Part shown: positions 17,820 through 25,378 of the stretch, piece after piece
Layout: every line of letters starts with the position of its first letter
Numbering within the stretch: position 1 is the first letter of the stretch
From: an uncultured Actinomycetes bacterium
Lineage (GTDB): Bacteria > Actinomycetota > UBA4738 > JBBDTT01
Length of the DNA stretch: 64,000 nt
Reading direction: 5' to 3'
Assembly: GCA_963742735.1 (NCBI GenBank)
Contig: CAVUMN010000004.1
Coordinates: forward strand, 544,001-608,000
Notes under the pieces: generated by a model
Database searches by the model: none
What the model saw: the letters and a program-made list of their open reading frames with translations, nothing else
Told to the model about the DNA's origin: nothing
Made by a program: the position numbers and the translations under genes

Positions 17820-18995
17820 ATGGCAGGCGGGCCGATCGCGGGGCTGATGGGCGAGCTGCTCATCGAGCTGCAGGAGCTCTTCGGCTTCCTCTTCTCCTCC
17901 AAGTTCGCGCAGAACCGCCACCTGCCGACGGCCAATGACTTCGTGTTCGGCAACCCGCACGAGATGCCGCTCGAGGAGATCGGCCGGGCCCTCGCCGCCG
18001 CGACCGTGCCCCAGAACGAGAGCTGGTACGCCTACAAGCTCAGCGAGGACGAGCCGCGCGAGGTCATCGCCGCGACGCTGCGGGCGTCCCATGGGCTCGC
18101 GTTCACGCCGTCGAACCTGCACATGACCAATGGGGCGTTCGGGGGGATCGCGCTCGCGCTGCGAGCGCTGGTCGACCCGGGCGACGAGGTCATCTACCAG
18201 CTGCCGCCGTGGTTCTTCTACCACCCGATGATCCGGTCGGTCGGGGGAGTGCCGGTCCCGGTGATGGTGCGGACGGACGACTGGGACCTGGACCTCGAGG
18301 CGATCGAGGCGGCCATCACGAAACGAACGCGGATGGTGATCCTGAACACGCCGAACAACCCGACGGGGCGGATCTACCCCGCGGAGACGCTGGCGAGCTT
18401 GGGGGAGATCCTGCGAGCGGCCAGTGACCGCAACGGCCGACCGGTGTACCTGCTGTCCGACGAAAGCTACAACCGGATCGTCTTCGAGCCGAACGTGTTC
18501 GAGACCCCGTTGCGGCATTACGAGCGCTCGTTGCTCGTCTACACCTACGGCAAGACGTTGCTGGCGCCGGGGCTGCGGATCGGATACCTGGCCCTGCCGC
18601 CGGGGGCTCCGGACGGGGATGCCATCGGCGGCGCGCTGATGATGGCCGCGACCACGAGCGGCTGGGCCTTCCCGGTGTCGCTCCTCCAGCAGGCACTACC
18701 GGATCTGGAGAAGCTTTCCATCGACCTGGGCGAGCTGCAGAAGAAGCGCGACCGGATGGTGAGCGAGTTGCGCGACGCCGGCTACGAGCTGCACGAGCCC
18801 GAAGGAACCTTCTACCTGCTCCCGAAGTGTCCCGGTGACGAGGACGAGTTCATCTACCGCCTCGCCGACCAGGAGGTCTACGTGCTGCCCGGGAAGCTCA
18901 TCGATCTGCCAGGGACCTTCCGAGTCTCCCTGACCGCAAACGACGAAATGATCGACCGAGCCCTCCCCATCTTCGCCTCCGCAGCCCGTCCGTAG
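17820..18995 (+). CDS. PLP-dependent aminotransferase class I/II
   Basis: FVFGNP, TNGAFGG, LNTPNNPTG, LSDESY, YTYGKTLLAPGLRIGY. Confidence 0.93.
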   Translation: MAGGPIAGLMGELLIELQELFGFLFSSKFAQNRHLPTANDFVFGNPHEMPLEEIGRALAAATVPQNESWYAYKLSEDEPREVIAATLRASHGLAFTPSNLHMTNGAFGGIALALRALVDPGDEVIYQLPPWFFYHPMIRSVGGVPVPVMVRTDDWDLDLEAIEAAITKRTRMVILNTPNNPTGRIYPAETLASLGEILRAASDRNGRPVYLLSDESYNRIVFEPNVFETPLRHYERSLLVYTYGKTLLAPGLRIGYLALPPGAPDGDAIGGALMMAATTSGWAFPVSLLQQALPDLEKLSIDLGELQKKRDRMVSELRDAGYELHEPEGTFYLLPKCPGDEDEFIYRLADQEVYVLPGKLIDLPGTFRVSLTANDEMIDRALPIFASAARP

Positions 18996-19083
18996 ACCCC
19001 CACCCGGGGCCACAAGGAACCCCCAACCGGAGGATTGACCCAAGCGAAGTCCCAGGCGCACCATTTGGGACAAGGAGCGCCTC

Positions 19084-20499
19084 ATGTCCGCAGATGTAGC
19101 AGCCATCTCATTCGAGCGTCCTCGCCGGGACGCTTCGTTCCAGTGGCTCACCATTGGACTGGCCGTACCTTTCATCGCGGCAGCGGTACCGCTAAACCTC
19201 CCCGCGTTCGCGGATTGGCGCCTCCTCGTATGGCTCGCGGTGATCGCAGGCGTCGAGCTCTTTCCTATCCCCACCCAGAGCGGCGCTCAGTTCTCCGTCA
19301 CGGATCCACTCACGATCGCTCTGGCGATCATCTATCCGTCCGGAGTGGTGTTGGTTCTGATGCTATTGGCATCGTTCGATCCACGGGAACTGAAGCGCGA
19401 AGTCTCCTTCAGACATGCCCTCTGGAATCGTGTGCAGTGTGCCGTGTGCGCCGCCGCCGGGGGGGTGGTCTTTCACTGGCTGGCAACGCCGGCGTCCTCG
19501 TGGGGGCGGTTGACCCTCGCAACGGTGGCGACGACGACCGTCTACAACGGGCTGAACCTGACGGCGGCAGGACTGGTGATCGGTCTCAGGGACCACCTTC
19601 CTATCTGGACGGCAATCCGCGGCCTTCTATTGGACTCTCCAGTTCAATCTGCTGCCAGGTACCTAAGCTTCGCGCTGATGGGCATGCCAATCGCTCGTCT
19701 GTATGCCCTGACAGAGGACGGCGTGTGGATCCTCGTAAGCTTCTCCGTCCCGCTTGTCATCGTGGCCCGAAGTTCCTATCTCCACATCCGCTCGGCACGT
19801 AAGGCCGCGGAGATTTCGCAGCAGCGGGCGGATCTCCTGCGCACAATCTCCGATCGAGCCGCGAAGGAACGCGTCGAGGAGCGGGTTCAGCTCGCTGGCC
19901 TCCTGCATGACGAGGCCATTCCCAACGTCGAGGGCATGAATTTGACCGCCAATATCGCTCTGGCGTCCTTGGACTCGGGTCGCGAGGCTGCCGCGCGCGT
20001 CGCCCTCGGAGAGATTCGAGAGGCGAGCCTTCGATCTGCCGCCGATCTCCGAAGCGTGGTGGGGGACCTGCGCCGCTCACCCCTGGATGGAAAGTCTCTC
20101 TCGCAGGCGCTCGGGGAACTGGACAGCACTTGGCCCTCGGGTCCGCCAGTGCTCGTCGATGCCGAGGCAGGGGCAGACATACCCGCTGCCGCCGAGGTTC
20201 TGCTTTACCAGATCGCGAGGGAGGCGGTGACCAACGCCGTCAACCACTCCCGTGGGAGTCGGGTACATGTCCGCCTGAAGGCCAACAACGGTGTACTCGA
20301 ACTCGCCGTATGCGACGACGGAGTCGGGTTTGACGCCTCTGTGGATCGTCCGGGGCATTTTGGGTTGGCTCTCATGCGTGAGCGGGTGGACGCGCTCGCG
20401 GGCGAGCTCAGGATCGAGCCCTCGCCAAGTGGGGGAACGTCAGTCCGCGTCTGGATCCCCGACCGATGGGAGCAAGAAGAAAGCCCGGCACCCGTCTAG
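19084..20499 (+). CDS. Multi-TM sensor histidine kinase 1 (HisKA_3; MASE9-like membrane input domain)
   Basis: AAGGAG RBS; about 7-8 TM helices; H-box LAGLLHDE, IAREAVTNAVNHS, DDGVGFD, GHFGLALMRER. Confidence 0.9.
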   Translation: MSADVAAISFERPRRDASFQWLTIGLAVPFIAAAVPLNLPAFADWRLLVWLAVIAGVELFPIPTQSGAQFSVTDPLTIALAIIYPSGVVLVLMLLASFDPRELKREVSFRHALWNRVQCAVCAAAGGVVFHWLATPASSWGRLTLATVATTTVYNGLNLTAAGLVIGLRDHLPIWTAIRGLLLDSPVQSAARYLSFALMGMPIARLYALTEDGVWILVSFSVPLVIVARSSYLHIRSARKAAEISQQRADLLRTISDRAAKERVEERVQLAGLLHDEAIPNVEGMNLTANIALASLDSGREAAARVALGEIREASLRSAADLRSVVGDLRRSPLDGKSLSQALGELDSTWPSGPPVLVDAEAGADIPAAAEVLLYQIAREAVTNAVNHSRGSRVHVRLKANNGVLELAVCDDGVGFDASVDRPGHFGLALMRERVDALAGELRIEPSPSGGTSVRVWIPDRWEQEESPAPV

Positions 20500-20517
20500 C
20501 TATCACGGATGCCGGGC
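20474..20517 (-). terminator. Intrinsic terminator of the small peptide gene
   Basis: Minus strand GCCCGGCATCCGT-N9-ACGGGTGCCGGGC followed by TTTCTTCTT. The T/G pair is a wobble only on the minus strand (C/A mismatch on plus). Confidence 0.85.
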
Positions 20518-20539
20518 GTTGATGCTTGCGTCTTGACTG

Positions 20540-20632
20540 CTAATGCTTGTGGGCCGCGCCGGACGCGAGAACGAGCGTGAGCAGGCTGCCGATCAAAGTT
20601 GCTACGCGGACGAACTTGGTCTTGATGCTCAA
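20540..20632 (-). CDS. 30-aa signal-peptide-like small protein, MSIKTKFVRVATLIGSLLTLVLASGAAHKH (putative signalling-peptide precursor)
   Basis: AAGGAGGT 5 nt before a TTG start; TAG stop; terminator 22 nt downstream; basic n-region, hydrophobic h-region, short polar tail. Too short for the ORF track. Confidence 0.82.
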   Translation of the reverse strand: MSIKTKFVRVATLIGSLLTLVLASGAAHKH

Positions 20633-20633
20633 C

Positions 20634-20665
20634 TCGCACCTCCTTCGGGGCTATGGGAGGTGCGA
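20634..20665 (-). promoter_or_regulatory. SD-sequestering hairpin in the peptide 5' UTR
   Basis: TCGCACCTCC-N12-GGAGGTGCGA, a perfect 10-bp stem whose 3' arm contains the SD. Confidence 0.75.
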
Positions 20666-20821
20666 CGTGTCTCAGGGGCACCTGGGGCGCCACGCCTCCA
20701 CTTGGAGCTATCAGTTCGTGACGATAAGTGACTATCCCTTTCATGTAAACACCCGTCGTTTGGCCTACACCGGATGCAGTAGGGGTTGACCTCCGGAGAG
20801 ACCTCGACCAGGATTCCTTCT

Positions 20822-22273
20822 ATGGCGCTCCAGTCTGCCCGCCGTACCACGTTTCCGCGGGCCCATTCCCGGCTATCTGCCTTTCATCTAGCGGTTTCGG
20901 TACCGGTTCTCGTACTGCTGACCTATACAGCCGCGGGCCGGGATTGGTCTGCGGACGATCTCCACCTCCTCTTCTGGGTCGCGGTGGTAGCAGCCGCCGA
21001 GCTCTTGCCGGTGCCTGGGTGGGGGGGCACACAACTAACGATCTCCCTGCCCCTATTCATTGCGGTTGTGCTCCTGTTTCCTGCGGAGATGGCCGCACTG
21101 GTGATCTTTGTCGGAAGTTGGGATCCCAGGGAATTCCGCCGCGAGGTCTCGGCTTTGAAGGCGATCTTCAATCGGTCTCAGTCCGCGATGTCCATCCTCG
21201 TGGCCGGCCACGTTTTCCATGCCCTGGCGAATATTCAGTCCGACTGGTGGGTGTTGCTAGCGGGTGCCGCCGCGGCAACCCTGGTCTTCGAGCTGCTGAA
21301 TGCCACTTTCGTTGCGATTGCTGTGAGTCTGGACAGGCGGATCTCTATCTGGTCCGTGTACGCCGACTTGGCTGGCGGGAGTCTGACTGAATTCCTTTTC
21401 TTCTATGTCGGCCTCGGGTTGCTCGGCATTCCTCTCGCCCGCCTCTACGTTGAGATTCCGTTTGGCGAATGGGCAGTCGTCTTCTTCCTGTTCCCGCTAC
21501 TGCTCGCCCAGCAGATGTTCTCGCGAACCCAGGCACTAACCAGCGTGACTAGCGAGCTCAAGGAGCGGGAGAAGGTTCTTTCTGCGCTGTCCAGTCGGAT
21601 GGCTGAGGAGCGGTACGACGAGCGCAAGCAGATCGCCGGATACCTGCACGACGACTTGGCTCAGATGCTGTTCCGCCTTGGGCTGCAGGCCGACTCGGCC
21701 CGGAGCCAGATCGAGCGGGGGCAGCCTGAGAAGGCCGTGGAGTCGCTCGATAACGTCGAGGCCATCAAGGACGACTCGATCAAGCTCGTCCGAGGCCTAA
21801 TCCAGGACCTCGATCGCTCGCCTCTGGGCCGCGCGGGGTTGGCTACTGCGCTTACGACCCTCGCCGGCGATCTATCGAAGGATGGACGGATCCGCTTCCA
21901 CCTCGATGTCGCGGACATTGAGCTTCCCTCGCCGATCCAGCTGCTCGCGTATCAGATCGCGCGCGAGGCGGCGCAGAACGCGGTGAAGCACGCCGAGCCC
22001 GTGAACGTCTGGATCTCGCTTCAGGACGAGAGTGGGGAGCCTGTCCTCCGGGTGCGCGACGACGGCACCGGGTTCGACCCGGCTGCGCCCTCGCCGGAAG
22101 GGCACTTCGGGCTCTCGATCATGCGCGAGCGGGCCGACCTCGCCGGCGCCTCACTCGGGCTGGACTCGGTTCAGGCGCAGGGCACCGAGGTCAAGGTGGT
22201 GTTCCATCGGACGTGGGTGCCGAGCTCGGACGGTCAGTCCCCCGCCCCAGCCGATCGCCAGTCCGCATCCTGA
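20822..22273 (+). CDS. Multi-TM sensor histidine kinase 2 (HisKA_3; paralogue of kinase 1)
   Basis: H-box IAGYLHDDLAQ, IAREAAQNAVKHA, DDGTGFD, GHFGLSIMRER; shares the DPRE.[KR]REVS motif with kinase 1. Alternative TTG start at 20786. Confidence 0.9.
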   Translation: MALQSARRTTFPRAHSRLSAFHLAVSVPVLVLLTYTAAGRDWSADDLHLLFWVAVVAAAELLPVPGWGGTQLTISLPLFIAVVLLFPAEMAALVIFVGSWDPREFRREVSALKAIFNRSQSAMSILVAGHVFHALANIQSDWWVLLAGAAAATLVFELLNATFVAIAVSLDRRISIWSVYADLAGGSLTEFLFFYVGLGLLGIPLARLYVEIPFGEWAVVFFLFPLLLAQQMFSRTQALTSVTSELKEREKVLSALSSRMAEERYDERKQIAGYLHDDLAQMLFRLGLQADSARSQIERGQPEKAVESLDNVEAIKDDSIKLVRGLIQDLDRSPLGRAGLATALTTLAGDLSKDGRIRFHLDVADIELPSPIQLLAYQIAREAAQNAVKHAEPVNVWISLQDESGEPVLRVRDDGTGFDPAAPSPEGHFGLSIMRERADLAGASLGLDSVQAQGTEVKVVFHRTWVPSSDGQSPAPADRQSAS

Positions 22274-22781
22274 CCACCAGCAGCATCCCGACGCCCGCGT
22301 ACAGCACCACGTCGCCCACGCTGACGGCCAGGTGGATCGGGTTTGGGATCGGGACCACGTCGCCCAGGAATCTCAGGTGGTCCTCACGCGTTGCCAGGTG
22401 GTGCTTCTGTCCCGGCGCCAGCCGAAGCTCGTCGAGAACCTCCTCCTGGTCGGAGTTGATGAGCGCCTCAGCGCTCACCGGCATGCCCCAGTTCGCCGCG
22501 ATCACCACGAAGTTGAGCAGCACGCCCACGACGATGAGGGGCAGGCCTGGCTGCCGCAGGTTCGCCATGGCGAACGCGAGCAACAGCACGAACGAGAGCA
22601 GCAACATCGCGATCGGAAGGTCGCGGCCCCACGACTCCGGATAGGGAAGCACCTGCAGCCCGTAGCCAACGAGTGCCAGGCCCCAGTACCGCAGCTTCAG
22701 CTCCGCCAGGTTCTTGAAGCGGCCTCCCACCAGGAGCCCCAGCCCGAACGAGACGGCGAGCAACAGGAGAACGAGGCGCAC
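22191..22781 (-). CDS. DUF5317-like membrane protein (putative membrane aspartic peptidase)
   Basis: GG.F.NLAELKLR, LNFVVIAANWGMPVS, LRFLGDVVPIP, VSVGDVVLYAG; GTG 6 nt after TACACT (-10); 83-bp convergent overlap with kinase 2. Confidence 0.85.
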   Translation of the reverse strand: MRLVLLLLAVSFGLGLLVGGRFKNLAELKLRYWGLALVGYGLQVLPYPESWGRDLPIAMLLLSFVLLLAFAMANLRQPGLPLIVVGVLLNFVVIAANWGMPVSAEALINSDQEEVLDELRLAPGQKHHLATREDHLRFLGDVVPIPNPIHLAVSVGDVVLYAGVGMLLVVRMRTGDRLGRGTDRPSSAPTSDGTPP

Positions 22782-22853
22782 GCCCGGAGTGTAGGGGCCG
22801 TCGGCGGAGGGAACCATAGCTGCGCAACGACGCAAGCAAAGGGAGGGCGCGAC

Positions 22854-23114
22854 ATGGGCTGGATCGCTTGGATTTTGATCGGTTTGGTCGCCGGGCTCAT
22901 CGCCCGCGCGGTGGTTCCCGGGCGCAACAAGCTCGGGATCGGAGGAACGTTGGTCCTCGGGCTGATCGGCTCGGTCGTCGGCGGGTTCCTCGGCGACCTG
23001 CTGACCGAGGGGAATCAGGACTTCAGCCCGGCGGGCCTGCTCGGCTCGATCGTGGGCGCGATCATCGCCTTGCTCGTCTACCGCTCGATGTCGGGACGCA
23101 GCCGCGTCGCCTGA
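22854..23114 (+). CDS. GlsB/YeaQ/YmgE (transglycosylase-associated) membrane protein
   Basis: MGWIAWILIGLVAGLIARAVVPG...LGLIGSVVGG...GSIVGAIIAL; GGGAGG RBS. Confidence 0.93.
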   Translation: MGWIAWILIGLVAGLIARAVVPGRNKLGIGGTLVLGLIGSVVGGFLGDLLTEGNQDFSPAGLLGSIVGAIIALLVYRSMSGRSRVA

Positions 23115-23151
23115 CCGACAGCCCACACGAAACGGAGGGCGGCCCCGACCG

Positions 23152-23427
23152 ATGAGCTTCGTCGACGACCTGGCGGAAACGGTGTACGACGCCGTTGAGG
23201 ACGTGAAGGCCTACCTCGGGTCACCCGAGGGCCGCGAGCTGCGGCGTAAGACCGCGGCGGGCCTGATGCTCGCGGCGCCCGTCATCGCCAGACTCCCCGC
23301 CATCCGGGCCACCAAGCTCGGAAAGGTCGTCGGGTTCGCCGGCGGAGCCGCCCTCATCGTCAAGGCCGCGGAGATGATCCGCGACTGGGAACCCACGTCG
23401 CCCGTTCCGCTCGGCACCGAAGCCTGA
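23152..23427 (+). CDS. Hypothetical protein
   Basis: ATG with upstream GGAGG; typical high-GC3 codon usage. Confidence 0.75.
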   Translation: MSFVDDLAETVYDAVEDVKAYLGSPEGRELRRKTAAGLMLAAPVIARLPAIRATKLGKVVGFAGGAALIVKAAEMIRDWEPTSPVPLGTEA

Positions 23428-23448
23428 CGTCGCGCTAGGGTCGGGGGG

Positions 23449-25371
23449 ATGCCCGACAATATCGTCCACAAGGTCCTTCGCGAACATCTGGTGAGCGGCG
23501 ATCTCGTCGCCGGCGAACCGATCACGTACCGCATCGACCAGGTCCTGCTCCAGGACGCGACCGGCACCATGGCCTGGATGGAGTTCGAGCAGCTGGAGGT
23601 CGACCGCGTCGTCCCGCGTGTCCTGCAGTACGTCGACCACAACATGATCCAGCTCGACTACCGCAACCCCGAGGACCACTTCTTTCTCCAGACCATGGCC
23701 GCCCGCCACGGCGCGACCTACTCCCGCCCCGGAAACGGCATCTGCCACTACGTGCACCTCGAGCGCTTCGCCGCGCCCTACGCGACGCTCGTCGGCGCCG
23801 ACTCCCACACCACCACCGCCGGCGCCCTCGGCTCGTTCGCGCTGGGGATCGGAGGCATGGACGCCGCCGTCGCGATGGCCGGGCACCCGTTCGAGCTGGA
23901 GTGCCCGGCCGTCGTCCGGGTCGTCCTGGAGCGCGAGCTCTCGCCGTGGGTGTCGGCGAAGGACGTCATCCTGGAGATGCTTCGCCGGCTCACGGTGAAG
24001 GGCGGGATCAACAAGGCGTTCGCGTTCGACGGGCCCGGGGTCGCGACCCTCGATGCCGCGGAGCGAGCCACGATCTGCAACATGATCCTGGAGCTCGGCG
24101 CGACGGCCGGCATCTTCCCCGGCGACGAGCAATGCCGGCGCTGGCTCGAGTCCCAGGAGCGGCCGGGCGACTTCCGCGAGCTCCTTCCGGACGAGGGTTG
24201 CACCTACGACGAGGTGATGGTCATCGACCTGGCGGAGCTGGAGCCCCTCATCGCCCTGCCTTCCAACCCCGACAACGTCGTTCCCGTGCGCGAGGTCGCC
24301 GGCACCGAGGTCGCCCAGGTCTGCGTCGGCTCCAGCGTGAACTCGGGCTACGAGGACCTCGCCATCCCCGCCGCGATCGTGAAGCAGGCGGTGGTGGCGC
24401 CGAACCTGGACATGACCGTGTCGCCCGGCTCGCGGCAGATCCTCCGCGCGATCACCGACAGCGGCGTCCTGGCCGACTACATCGTGTCCGGCGCGCGGCT
24501 GCTCGAGCCGGCGTGCGGGCCGTGCGTCGGCATGGGCCAGGCGCCGCCCGAGAAGGCTCCCTCGGTCCGGACGATGAACCGGAACTTCCCCGGCCGCAGC
24601 GGGACCGCCGACGACCGGGTCTATCTGACCTCGCCGGCCGTGGCGGGGGCGACCGCGTTGCGGGGCGTGATCACCGACCCCCGCGACCTGGGCATGGACC
24701 CGCCGAACGTCGAAGCGCCGGCGCCGATCGTCGACGACGGCCTGCTGATCCTCCCGCCCCCGCCCGACGAGGCCGTGAAGGTGAGGATCTTCCGCGGCCG
24801 GAACATCCAGCCGCCGCCGGTGCCGCCCGACCTGCCCGAGTCCCTCGAGGGCCGCGTCCTGATCGTCCTGGGCGACAACATCTCGACCGGCCTGATGTCC
24901 CCCGACGGCGTGATCGTGATGGCCGAGCGCTCCAACATCCCCGCCATCTCGGAGTACTGCTTCCGCAACGTGGACCCGGAGTTCGTCCCGCGCGCGAAGG
25001 AATGGGGCGGCGGGTTCATCGTGGCCGGCGACGGCTACGGCCAGGGCTCCTCGCGAGAGCACGCCGCCCTCGCGCCGCTCCAGCTCGGCGTGCGGGCGGT
25101 GTTCGCCAAGGGCTTCCATCGGATCCACTTCCGGAACCTGATCAACAACGGGATCGTCCCCGTGCTGATCGACGACACGGTCCACGCCGCCGCCGTCCTG
25201 GGCGACGTGTGGCGCCTCCCCGCCATCCGCGCCGAGATCGAGAGCGGAAGCGAGTCGTTCACGCTCGAGATCGGCGACCGCGCGTTTGCCGTCGCCGGCG
25301 ATCTCAACGCCCACGAGCGGAAGCTGCTGCTCGCCGGGGGACTTCTGCGCTACTTGAAGTCGCTCCGCTGA
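23449..25371 (+). CDS. Aconitate hydratase (short, about 640-aa type)
   Basis: QDATGT, YVDHN, GNGICHYVHLE, GADSHT, ACGPCVGMGQAP, RTMNRNFPGRSG, YGQGSSREHAA. Confidence 0.9.
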   Translation: MPDNIVHKVLREHLVSGDLVAGEPITYRIDQVLLQDATGTMAWMEFEQLEVDRVVPRVLQYVDHNMIQLDYRNPEDHFFLQTMAARHGATYSRPGNGICHYVHLERFAAPYATLVGADSHTTTAGALGSFALGIGGMDAAVAMAGHPFELECPAVVRVVLERELSPWVSAKDVILEMLRRLTVKGGINKAFAFDGPGVATLDAAERATICNMILELGATAGIFPGDEQCRRWLESQERPGDFRELLPDEGCTYDEVMVIDLAELEPLIALPSNPDNVVPVREVAGTEVAQVCVGSSVNSGYEDLAIPAAIVKQAVVAPNLDMTVSPGSRQILRAITDSGVLADYIVSGARLLEPACGPCVGMGQAPPEKAPSVRTMNRNFPGRSGTADDRVYLTSPAVAGATALRGVITDPRDLGMDPPNVEAPAPIVDDGLLILPPPPDEAVKVRIFRGRNIQPPPVPPDLPESLEGRVLIVLGDNISTGLMSPDGVIVMAERSNIPAISEYCFRNVDPEFVPRAKEWGGGFIVAGDGYGQGSSREHAALAPLQLGVRAVFAKGFHRIHFRNLINNGIVPVLIDDTVHAAAVLGDVWRLPAIRAEIESGSESFTLEIGDRAFAVAGDLNAHERKLLLAGGLLRYLKSLR

Positions 25372-25378
25372 GGGAGTC

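Noticed and set aside
20667-20789. Plus-strand 40-aa ORF (MSQGHLGRH...) behind the mirror-image GGAGGTG, overlapping the TTG of kinase 2
   Set aside because: Its SD is simply the other arm of the hairpin, the peptide has no recognisable features, and the codon usage is poor. A uORF role cannot be fully excluded.
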